From Seison nebaliae (taxonomy: Eukaryota): 64,000 nucleotides of DNA. Both the position numbers and the translations under genes were made by a program. A model generated the notes under the pieces. That model worked only from the letters and a program-made list of their open reading frames with translations. It ran no database searches and had not been told where the DNA came from. This document shows positions 25,114-36,400 of this stretch, one piece after another (position 1 is the stretch's first letter; each line of letters opens with the position of its first letter). Where the stretch lies: the NCBI GenBank assembly GCA_023231475.1, contig JALJEE010001281.1, positions 1 through 64,000 of the forward strand, in the 5' to 3' direction.

Positions 25114-26523
25114 ATGAATTTCCAAAAACATAAAAATCATTTCGATGAATTTGATCAAAGACAAAGTCGTCTTTATACTATTGTGGATTGTAAAACGGAT
25201 TCATATCGTCTCTCTTTCACTGATATGTACAATGAGATTCTGAGAGCATTGAACGACGAATATTTACATTTGAAATTCATCAAAATTCCCTTACGAGCCA
25301 TCGATCAATTGAAATCGAAAGGAAATGTCAATTCTGATAATTTAGTAGATTGTTTAGATGAATGTAATCAGTTGAAGATGCAACTTACACTTCACCTTCG
25401 TCAAAGGAAGCAATTGGCACTCGTTGAACTACTATCAAATGGTCAGGATCAGAAATACACAAACATCATCGACCAAATCGTCCAATCGTTAAATGATGAA
25501 GAACGACGAGAAAATGTTGAGAAAAAATTAATAGAAAATTTAGTGAAAATTTCCGTTCCGATTGTCGAAGAGAAACAACAACCGAAAATGGAGAATGGTA
25601 AATTATCAATCTTCTTTGCCGAATTAGAGAAACTACGACAGGAATGTGACGAATTGAAACAGGAAAATATTCGTCTTTCTCGTCAGATCGAAGAGACTCG
25701 CTATCCATCAGAACTGCTCAAAAAAAAGACGAAAGATGAACCCAATAATATTTATTTGCAAATTAAAGTTCTAGAAGAATTTATTGCTCAATTACTATCT
25801 GAAAATCGAACTCTACAAACAATTGTCGAACATGGAAATCAATCGAACGAAAAAGAAATTGATAATAAGAAGAAAATTAAATTCGGTGGCGATTGTCGGT
25901 CAATTGCTTCATTGAGTAAACAAGTTGCTTTAGTGGCACGAAAGAAGTTCGATTATTCAGATGACGATCAATTATCAGTATTAAGGTTTTTGAATTTTTC
26001 GATTTTTTTCTTCATTTTCTTATTAGTTCTTCGAATGAAAATTTCGAGAAAATTTTGGAAGAAAAATATCAAAATTATCGAATAGAAAGTCAAAATAATT
26101 CGATTCCATCAGGTATTGATTTGAATAAATTGCAATTGAATGGACGAATGTCCAAACTCAATTTAAATGCTTTGTTGCAATTACTTTTGAAAGATTTACA
26201 TCGAATCGTTAAATCGGTAAAAATCCGTTTGGATGGAATTGAAGATCAGAATGAGAGAAAATTTTTAAAAGATATTCTTCATCGAATTATGAAAATTTAC
26301 GAGAAGAATATTCATTTTCATGAGACATCCGAACAATTCGCATTGAGTCAACTCACTCAAATTAAACAACTTCAGAAAAAGTTGTACAATCGAGACATTA
26401 TACTCGATCGGACGCTAAAGCGATTGATGGTTACCATTTCATTATTTTCATGTTTTCCTCAATTCTCTCAACTTCCAGTTTATCAATCATGAACGTGAAA
26501 GTTTATTGAATAAGATAATTTGA
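25114..26523 (+). CDS. Uncharacterised coiled-coil protein, about 439 aa, 3 exons
   Basis: Heptad-rich segments (ELEKLRQECDELKQENIRLSRQIEE). Introns 25986-26026 and 26430-26478 join the ORFs; the protein ends FINHERESLLNKII*. Confidence 0.78.
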
Positions 26524-26808
26524 TGAGAAAGAATGGTGAATATAAAATGGTTTTTATACACAGGAGAAAGAATCAAAACTTTTTTTTTTGTAAATTAAAT
26601 TAAAAGTGGAATTTTGTTCAGTTCATATGTTGTTGTTGGAAAAAAAATTATTTGAATCTCTTTCGTTTTCCAAACCGTCTTCATTTACGGAGAATTGTGT
26701 GAAAATATTGTTAATTTTCAAATTTCTTTGAGAAATAGAAAATCCAAGCAATTTCTCAGAAGTGAAATACTCTGGAAATTGGGAAATGTACAGGAATGTT
26801 GAGATTGA

Positions 26809-29142
26809 TTATAGAAGGAGCAATATAATTTGTAATAGAATTGACGAAAAGGAAAATGAAATGAGAATGGCAGAAGAACAAAATTGTTCGTCCAATGATT
26901 CGATTAGAGTGATATGTGATCGATTTAACATTTGAGCAATTGTTGCCGATCGATCAATGGAAATGAGACGAGTAGTCGAATCGTCGAACATGAGATCAGG
27001 ATAAGCCAAAGGAGAATTAAACATTCCAAATTTGTCTTTTAATTTACTTCCGAAATACTGTTGTCCGTAAGCCAAAAGATTCCATGTGTGAGCAATGGAA
27101 GCGACAGAAATATTTCGTGCCATCATTACGAATTTACCCGGAATTTTTCCAAAATTACATTCTCGATATTCCGAATAATTTCTCCTTCTACCATTAGGAC
27201 AAATGAGTTCGAAGTCGAGTGCTCTCAAATTTCTTGCCCATTCCTCCGAGTTCCTTCCATCAGTGTTTGGTCGAATGGTATCATGTCTGGTTATGGCGAT
27301 ATCACCTTTCATCTCAGCTAAACAACGGAAAGCACCACGATAACCATAATATAATTCGCGTTGAGAACGATGACAATAATCGCCACCTTTCGATCGACAT
27401 TGAGAACATAACGATCTAGAATTGGTTCCAAACGGATTATAATTATTAGAAAGAATTCCAGGAACACAACTCCGATCGAAATATTCGCCAGCTGCTTTCC
27501 CGATACTACATTCGAAATCGTCTTGCAGATAAATTTCTTGTCGTTCAATTAAGTAATTTAGGAAGACATACCATCCACCCAAACTGGATGATGATGGTGC
27601 ACAAAGTCTTTTACCTCTCAAATTGAAAACGTTCGTTGCCAAATCTTCTCGTCTCGCAATCACTACTACATAAAATTCAGAATCATCAATATATAATTCT
27701 CTTGCGACTGGTTTCAAATCAAATCGTTTCTCGGCGACATACGCGTCAGCAGCGTCAACCGTTATAACATCAGCCACACCATCACGAACACGTTTAATAC
27801 AATCGATTGCATCGACTCCAATTTGTTGACAATCGATTGATGGTTTGATATTCTTCTCATTAAAAATTTCACTCATTTCTTCACATTTCCGTTGTGCATA
27901 ATATGAAGTTGTACACCAGGAAATTTGTGAAATTTCACATGATGCCATCGATGACAGATCGTTAAGTAGAGCTTTGGATAAGACTTTATTGTAGACGAAT
28001 AAACTGCCCAAATCAACGATGTTATTCGATGTATCATGAAAGAGAAGATTAATAAATGAATTTTCATCATCATCTTGATATTGAATGGATGAGAATAAAT
28101 TGAAATTACGATCAGAATTCTCACCGAAATATTTTACTAATAATTGAAGTGTTTCTCGATATAATTTTTGACGTGATGATGGCGTGTCATAAGAAGTGAC
28201 GATGAAATTCGGTTGAGTAATTCCCCAAAAACATTTGTGGACATCTAATAAATTTACTCGTCGACCATTTACACAAAGTAATTCGTATCGGGAGAAATCC
28301 GTTCCATTGAATTTCAATTTCTCTTGCAAATTCACATCGTCTTTCAATCGAATTAAAATTTCATAATTCATGAAAGCAATATCACTATCGTTTCTCGTCA
28401 AACAACGGAATGCACCGATATCATCATAATATGGTTCGTTGTAAGTCGACGAACAGAATGAAGAGCCAACTCGTCCTTTACATAATTTGCAAGTGGATGA
28501 TGGATTATTTCCCATCGGATTGAAAATATTACTCAATGAATCTGGTGCACACATATCATCGAAATGAGATGCGGCACTTCGAATTATATTGTTACAATCG
28601 ACGATATTTAGACAATTATTTTGAATTAATCTTGCCATTGGATAAATCCATCCACCAGCTGTCCACACACCTGAATGACAAGAACGAATCTTTCTCAAAC
28701 ATTTATCGATGGGTCGATTCTTGTGAACGACAGCAACCGAATAATAACCAGGAATCTTCTCATTCACCAGATATTGATCACTGATCGATTCTTGTGAAAT
28801 TGCCACCAAATAATGAAACTTACCCGCTATGTACATGTGACCAGGTTCGATGGATAATAAATCAGCTTCTTTTCGTTGAATCGCTTCAATGCAATGGAGT
28901 TTACTCTCATAAATTTTTGTGCAATTTATTTGCACATCTAATTCGATCATTTTCTCTTCTCTCAATTGTTCGAAAGCGTCAGACATCGCGTAACATTTCT
29001 GACTCTCCGCTTCATTAATGACACACCATCTAATCGTTCGTCTCTCCTCATTAGTAGTACCATATTCAATCGATATACAAATGAAATAAATGAGAATAAT
29101 TGTGAGGATAAATAAATGATAATTTGAGAAAGTTATCTGCAT
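26809..29142 (-). CDS. MELTF: Melanotransferrin-like bilobal transferrin, 777 aa, signal peptide and GPI-type C-terminus, intronless
   Basis: IRWCVINEAESQKC, YYSVAVV, SCHSG...GW, GAFRCL in both lobes, ISWCTTS...KC, DFELICPNG, hydrophobic tail SSAILISFSFSSILLQIILLLL. Confidence 0.92.
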   Translation of the reverse strand: MQITFSNYHLFILTIILIYFICISIEYGTTNEERRTIRWCVINEAESQKCYAMSDAFEQLREEKMIELDVQINCTKIYESKLHCIEAIQRKEADLLSIEPGHMYIAGKFHYLVAISQESISDQYLVNEKIPGYYSVAVVHKNRPIDKCLRKIRSCHSGVWTAGGWIYPMARLIQNNCLNIVDCNNIIRSAASHFDDMCAPDSLSNIFNPMGNNPSSTCKLCKGRVGSSFCSSTYNEPYYDDIGAFRCLTRNDSDIAFMNYEILIRLKDDVNLQEKLKFNGTDFSRYELLCVNGRRVNLLDVHKCFWGITQPNFIVTSYDTPSSRQKLYRETLQLLVKYFGENSDRNFNLFSSIQYQDDDENSFINLLFHDTSNNIVDLGSLFVYNKVLSKALLNDLSSMASCEISQISWCTTSYYAQRKCEEMSEIFNEKNIKPSIDCQQIGVDAIDCIKRVRDGVADVITVDAADAYVAEKRFDLKPVARELYIDDSEFYVVVIARREDLATNVFNLRGKRLCAPSSSSLGGWYVFLNYLIERQEIYLQDDFECSIGKAAGEYFDRSCVPGILSNNYNPFGTNSRSLCSQCRSKGGDYCHRSQRELYYGYRGAFRCLAEMKGDIAITRHDTIRPNTDGRNSEEWARNLRALDFELICPNGRRRNYSEYRECNFGKIPGKFVMMARNISVASIAHTWNLLAYGQQYFGSKLKDKFGMFNSPLAYPDLMFDDSTTRLISIDRSATIAQMLNRSHITLIESLDEQFCSSAILISFSFSSILLQIILLLL

Positions 29143-29762
29143 TTTTTTTTTCGTTTAAACTTTTTTTGAATTTTTACCACAATCTCATTTCATTTTCTTT
29201 TACTTTTTCAATTCAGCTTAACTTTTCAATCAACTCTCTTCTTTATTCTCCTCTTATAAAATTATTTATAAAATATCTAAAATTCATATCTAAAATAAAA
29301 TTATAAGAATGACGAATTCTTTTACAAACAATAACAACAACTAGACTAGTTCCATATTAATTTTTGTTTTATTAAATTAGATTTATTAAAGAAATTAAAT
29401 TGAATACTTTTTTCAAAATGAAATGAATAAAAATAACAATAAAATCATTGATTGGCGATGTGATCAATCTTCCGCACTCGAAAGGAGATAAAACCATTTC
29501 TCCATTTGACGAATGATAATGAAAATGGGAAGAAAATATCTATGAGAGATGGATGTCGCAATTGTGATTATGTAATAAGAGAGAATTAATAAAAAATAAA
29601 ATGAAATCGTTTTAATTTCCTTCCGTTCCTCCAACTTCAAAAAAGTTCTATTCTTTTTTTTTTATAAGAAATCTCGTTCTGAGGAAAATTGTAAGTTGAG
29701 AGTTTTTCTTTTGGTTCGAAAGATGAAATGAAATTTGTAAGCAGATCGGAATCTTTGTGAGG

Positions 29763-30653
29763 TTAATCGTCCTTCTTATTTCCGTCTCCAAACTAAAGAG
29801 AATGATGATGAGAGAGAAATTGAATAAAGAAACTTCAGTTTTGTCGATTATTCGATCGAATTCTTCGGCGACTCCTTTCGCTTGTTTCTTCAACGTGTCG
29901 ATATCGATATCCTTCTTTTCTAAAACTATCGGAGAGAAAATTGAATAAAAATAATTGAGAATTTTCTTAACGTTCTTTCAATGATTCGATTTCTTCGACT
30001 TTCGCTTTGACGACGTCACTCATATCGGATTGGTCGAGATAAGCTTCTGCTGCTTTTGTCGCTTGATTCGCCTGTTTCTCCATTGCATCATATCTCGCTT
30101 GCATTTTACTGTTATCAATCAACAATTGAGTGACACGTCGAATTACACTGAAATTTGTTCATTGAATTGAGATAGAGATAAAGAGGAAACTAACAACCAA
30201 AGATATAAAGCAAATCCAGAAATATAGAGATTGCGTTGTGCTCGAAATAGTTTGAGATGGAGAGTTGTGTCAATCTCTTGAACTAATTTTAAATTCGCTT
30301 GTTGTTGTTTATCGGCACTCATAGATAGACCATTATATTTCCATATTTCTCTAACCGCATCTAATGGAAAAATGAAAATTTTTGAAAGGAATAAAATTGA
30401 AACCGGCAAACAGAACAAAAAAGGCGACAATGACCACTTTGAAGAAAAAGTCGATTGAACGATTGACATTTTTAGCGAAATTTGATTGGAACAGTTTACT
30501 CCATCTTAATAAATGAAAAGAGATTGAATTGAATTGAATTGAAATGAAGAAGAAGAATGACCTGGTGGCTGATATGAAAGGGAGAAGTAAAATGAAAACT
30601 ACAATTATTTCCGTGTAAAGGAAATAGGCAGCGAATGTCCATTGGATTGACAT
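29763..30653 (-). CDS. BCAP31: B-cell receptor-associated protein 31/29 (ER membrane), about 218 aa, 6 exons
   Basis: MSIQWTFAAYFLYTEI...LLLPFIS, LFADAVRE, KLFRAQRNLYISGFALYLW, LKKQAKGVAEEFDRI, C-terminal ER-retrieval KKDD*. Introns 30505-30561, 30361-30403, 30148-30194, 29926-29971, 29793-29833. Confidence 0.95.
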
Positions 30654-30980
30654 TTCTCCTTGATCTTGTAATGGAAAGATAGAAAGAATTTTATGATTAT
30701 TTTAATTTCTTGTCTTTTAGAGAAATTTGATAATGTATTGAAGGAAAGAAATAGTTATTTGTAATCAGCGAATATGATGTCCGTTCATAAAAAGGAGAAT
30801 ATGTAATAGTTGGAATAGGAGAATATATATTAGTCGTAATAAGAGAAGATATTATTCATTCAATAAAATTAAGAGAGAATAAGTGGAGTTCAAAATGAAT
30901 ATTCAAATTATAAGTTTTATAAAACGATTGAGCTCAAACTGTCCCACTTCGTCACATTTGATAAATATTTCTTTTATTAA

Positions 30981-31133
30981 ATGGATGACTTTCAATTACC
31001 GACATTACTCTATTTACTATTAGACAATGCTGGAAATGTGGTACTACTAAGTATACTGGGAGTGATTGTATTGATTATGTTAGGCGCGTGGCTGGTGTAT
31101 GTCGTTCGACATTATAAACGGACAATATCATAA
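30981..31133 (+). CDS. Candidate 50-aa single-pass membrane microprotein (below the ORF-track size cutoff)
   Basis: Hand translation: MDDFQLPTLLYLLLDNAGNVVLLSILGVIVLIMLGAWLVYVVRHYKRTIS*. A 23-residue hydrophobic helix is followed by basic RHYKR. Divergent from BAP31. Confidence 0.55.
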   Translation: MDDFQLPTLLYLLLDNAGNVVLLSILGVIVLIMLGAWLVYVVRHYKRTIS

Positions 31134-31280
31134 CCGATGATATTCTTTCCTTCTCCCTTTTTTCATACCAACTCATAATATAGTGGATCTATGTCAGATA
31201 AAAGTTCTTGATGTGAATAGACAGTAATTTATTATCTTTTCTTCTCATTTCCATATGTTAATAAAGTATGATCTTATAAA

Positions 31281-31328
31281 TCGACAAGTACTTCGACAGA
31301 TACTTCGATAAGTATTTCGACAACTAGT
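31281..31328. repeat. Degenerate 12-bp tandem repeat, 4 copies
   Basis: TCGACAAGTACT TCGACAGATACT TCGATAAGTATT TCGACAACTAGT. Confidence 0.8.
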
Positions 31329-31375
31329 TCTAAGGGAAATAGTTTAGAAGGAAATTGATTTATATAACCCAAACT

Positions 31376-31391
31376 CGTTGTCATGACAACG
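31376..31391. promoter_or_regulatory. RFX X-box motif, perfect 16-bp palindrome CGTTGTCATGACAACG
   Basis: Perfect palindrome matching the X-box consensus. About 0.72 kb upstream of the BAP31 ATG and downstream of the ELKS stop codon. Confidence 0.65.
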
Positions 31392-31796
31392 GGATGAAAA
31401 TAGTAAAACTTTAGTTGTGATTCTTTAATAATTTAATATGACTCCCCCAAAATAAAATGAGGAAATGAAAAAATGGACAAATGGTATGAAAGAGTTACAT
31501 AATAAATACAATTTTCATTATATTGATAGAAAGTGAAACGGTTAGAACGAATTGAAATTGCATGAAGTGAAATCGAACTGAATAATCTCCAATTTTTCTC
31601 GACGTTTAGATGACTAGATTCCATTCCCATTAAGATGAAGCAGATATTCTACGTCCCATACAACTTTCCTCACATCCAATTTGAGGAAACTAGTTTGACG
31701 ACGATTATTATCGATTTGGGTTTGAAGTGTAGAAAGTTTCTTTCCGAATCCAATTGTTCCCTGTCAAGTTTTTTTTGTATTCTGACAATGTTCTTA

Positions 31797-33396
31797 TTAA
31801 GCATAAATTCCATCTTCATCATTATCGAAGTTAATCGTTGGAATGTTCTTCAGAACATTCTCAGAATCTTGAGCGATCTTCATACGGAAAGTTTGGAGTG
31901 TCTTCAATTTCTCATGAAGATTCAAATTGTCGTCAGTCAAACGCTGAATCTCTCGACGTTCATGCGGTTCTTTCATTCGTTTCTCTTCCAAGAAAGCTAT
32001 TCGCTCATCTTTATCAGATATGTCTCTCAATAAACTTTCTTGGAGGGAGACCATCAAATTATTCAATTCTTCAACTCTCAACTTTTCCGTTTTTTCAATT
32101 TGTTTGAAATGGAGAGACATGTCCTGTTGTAATTTGCGAACGACACTAAAAGAGACAATTCCATCGGAAGCCGAACCGTCATTGTCGTTCATGGAAAGTT
32201 TCTTCAATTTCTCCAATTCTTCTTGAAGCGATTTCATTTGACGTTGAATACTTTCAATTTTCTTATCCCGTTTTTCTAATTCTTTCCGATTCTTTTCCAT
32301 TTCTTTCTTTTGTTCTACTTCCCGTTCTGCGGTCACATTAAAACTGTCACATAAAGCCGCTTCCAATTCCTCGATACGACGTTCACGCTCAGTAATGGTA
32401 CGTTGTAAATTGCCGTTCGGATCTACTTCCTCTTTCGACATCGGCTCAATTTGTTCTTGTAATTGTTCGATTTTCACTTGAGCCTTTTCTAACGATTCGA
32501 CGAGCGAATGATTCTCTTCTCCGAAATCATTCCGTTCCTTCGTCATCGATTGTAACTGATTTTGAAGATTTTGTTTCTCACTCATCAACATATCGAATCG
32601 AGTGGATATATTCTCTTTCTCGTTGTTCAATAATGAAATTTCATTCGATAACTTCTCATTCTCGTGTGTCAATTGTTCCAATTGTTCGTTTAAAGAATCA
32701 TAATTCACCGAGGTAGAACTTAGACAACTTGAAGTATCAGTTATATCTCTTGATATCGCACTATCACTACTACTTGATATGGTGGTTGGTGTGATTAACG
32801 TTCGTTCAGCTTCATCATCCTCCGACGTACACGTTCCATTATCAATCATTTGTACTTTTTTATTTTGTTCTTCATTCTGCTGTTGTTGTTGTTGTTGATG
32901 ATGATGTTGTTGATGATGATGTTGTAATTGATACCAAGCATCATTGTTGTTATTGTTGTTATTATTATTATCTTCATCGCGACAACCAGTAATGAATTGT
33001 TGTCGTTGTTGATGATTCTCTTGTTGGAGACGAATTATTTGTTGTTGCAACTCTTGTATTTGTTGTTGAGCGGCATGCGCTTCTCGTTCACGTTCGTCAC
33101 GAAGAACATCATAAGATGAAACACATTCATTGATATGTCTCTCCTTTTCCAATAACTTCTGTTGTAATTGTTTCACTTGAGTATCCTTCGCTGTCAATTC
33201 TCGATGAAGACGAACAATTTCTTGTTCGAATTGATTAATCTTTTGTTGATGTAATCGATTCGTATTCGATCGCATCGATTGTGATAATTGATCATTCTTC
33301 TCAATATCTTCTCAATTGAATGAAATTTGAATAATGTAAATTAGTTGTAAAATATTAACCTGATTCCAATTTATTTTGTTTATTATCATTCAACGA

Positions 33397-33430
<34 letters not shown>

Positions 33431-36400
33431 GAGGAAATAGATTGAGATTCATTATTATTCAATTTCACCAGATCATCATTCGACGAATATTTATTTAATT
33501 GCTGTTGTTGTTGCTGTTGGACTTGTTGTTGTTGTTGTTGTTGCTGTTGTAATATTTCCAGACTTGATGCCATTATTTGTTGTTGATTGTTACTGGTAGA
33601 TAAGGCATTGATTGCTGATCGTAATTGATGTTGCAATTCTTCTCGTTGTCGAATGACGAGATGTAATTCATTCTGTAATTGTCGAACCTCTTCCGAGCAT
33701 TTCTCCGCTTCAAATCTCCATTTATCAGCTTCTTCACCATGATCCGAATGTTGTGCTAATAACACAGCCGTCCTAGTACTCTAATAAGAAATGGGTTGAA
33801 AAATTTTAAAAGGAGAAAAATGAAATTCACCTCCTCAATTCGTTGTTTGAGATGATTATGATGTTTCTGAGCTTGAAGGATCTGTTCCTGTAATAGAGAA
33901 GTTCTCGTTCTCACATGATGTAATTCCTGTTCTCTATCTTGGAGTTGCTCTTCCAAATTTTCGATTTTTCTTTGCATCACTGCTATCTTACGGTCTAAAT
34001 TACGATTTCAATTATGATCAAATCGAATTGAGGAAAATTAACCTTTTATTTCCAAATGATCACGCAATTCAACGATTTCCGTTTCTCGTTGAAATTTCTC
34101 GATTTGAATTGCTTGAATATTCTGATTTTTTTGTTCGATCAATGTATCTTTCTCTCGAACTCGTAATCGAATATCATTCACTTCTCCTTGAATAATATCA
34201 GCTTGTTGTTCTCGATTATGGATCGCTTCTTTCAACACCGACACATAATGTTGTAGATCGTTCTCCTTACTATCCAGTGCTTCAATTTTCGTTGATAATG
34301 CCATCACTTCTCTTTCCTTCTTCATCAGACAACATTTCACGTTTTCATGCTGAAAACAATTTCATTAAACAGTTTAAATAATTAGAAAGAAAGAGATTCT
34401 AAACTTTCTCTTTCCAATATTTCTCCATGTTTCTCAGTTGTATCAATTGCATATTAAGCGAACTCTCATCTAAACTAGTTAATTCGTTATCTAAAATATC
34501 AAAAAGATTGTTTCCAAACGAGAAATTAATGAATAAAGAATGAACCTTCGAGACCAAATGCTGAATGTAAAGTCAATTTGGAGATTGATTGACAATTCGA
34601 ATTATTGTTTAGATTAAGTTTCTGGAATGTTTGTAATTCGCGATGGGATTCGATCAATTGTTGTTGTGTGTCGGCAAGCTTCTGTGTCAGTTTATTCTCC
34701 TTATCGCTATGTAGATCAACCAATTGTTTCATCTATCACACCAAGAAGATTGGTTTAATTAAATTTAATGAAAAATCGGAACTTGTGATTCGTATTGTCG
34801 TTGTCGATCTTGGCACGATTGAACGATGCCTTGAACAGTGGACAATTGCGATTCGAGAACTTGAATTTTTGCATCTTTATTTTGCAGGAGATGTTGGTAA
34901 CCATCAACATTTTGCATGTTATTTTGCAATAATTTCAGCGCATCGGATTGCGCGCGATATTCCTCTAATAATTTTTGAGCACTTTGTAATTCCTATTAGA
35001 ATTTTCATAATTCATGCACATAATTCAAAGGAGAAAATTTGAACCTTTTCGATATGTAACATCTCTTCTGCTTTCTCCTTGATCGTCGCCTTAATTTGAG
35101 GTGATTGTTGCTCAAGTTCCTTTTCATTTACACAACCATTCTCCAACTTAATAAGTTCGATCTATTAATAAAAAATTATCGATTTAAAAAAAGTTTTATT
35201 TATAATTATATATAAATGATGACGAATTAAAATAATTACTGGAATAATCATTCAATCATTCTGAGAATTAACTATTAGTTAAACTAGTAGTAGAAACATA
35301 CATTTCATTTCCTAATAAATCCATCTTATTCATCTCACAACTTTATTTTCACAAATTTCTCACATACCGTCAAATATTAACCTAACGAAAATGCTCCCAA
35401 CAATGTTCCCCAAACAATTCTCATTGATAAGATGATTGATAAGTAGATTTCGATTGAAAATGATTTTTATAAAAAATTTAATAATTTTTGTTTATTCTAA
35501 TATCGACATTTCTCTAACAAGTAGAGATTTTGCATTCTTTTTTTCCCTTCACCATATACATCATGATGATTAGAATAAATGTCTTTTCCGTATCTGTGTC
35601 CTATTATCAGAAATGACAATAATTTCTCTTTATTATTTTCTTCTATAAAAATGTTATTTTGTAATAAATTCCTTCTACGTAGATACACTGACGATGATGA
35701 TCAATCGAATGACATATGTACATTGGTAGTGGAACTAATAATGGAAATTATCCATTTTATTATGGAAATAAATATTTATTTTTTATTTCTTTTCCCTCAA
35801 ATTTTTCCCCAATATATCAATACTATATTTCTTTCAAATATTTTCTTCCTTTTCCCAATCACATCGTCATAATGATACAACATTATTTGTATCATTATCA
35901 ATATATTATCATTATCTGTGCATACAAATGGCTTAATGCATAAGTGCATCATATATGCAGAGGAACTGCACATAATTCATTATATAATTGATCGATTGAA
36001 TCAAAGAAACGGAGCAGACAACATCACTACTTTCGTAAGTTATAGGTGACAATAAAATACGTTGTTCAGCGCACAAGATCTACACACGATGGAAGTATAG
36101 TTGGTGTGTATACTATGAAAGTACAGGTCATGAAACGATAGATATACAGGATTATTTCATCGAGTTTATGGAGATCAATATCGAAAATAAAATTTTCAAA
36201 TAAATGCCAACACAATTGGTAACCTAATATAGATCATTCTGATGAATAACATAGATTCTTATCGTATAAGATTGGATATATTCCTCTCTCCACTTCCACA
36301 TGTTTAAGTGACACGGTTAACGAACTGAACAAAGTGTCGCCGTAACGAATTGAAAGAATGGACTTTAATATAATAAAGAACAAAAATATTCTCTCCGTAC

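Noticed and set aside
31281..31328. Short direct repeats as a CRISPR-like array
   Set aside because: Contiguous 12-bp tandem units without spacers, in a eukaryotic context with no cas genes.
31611..31632. TGACTAGATTCCATTCCCATTA, resembling miR-279
   Set aside because: No complementary upstream arm to form a pre-miRNA hairpin; only the seed region matches.
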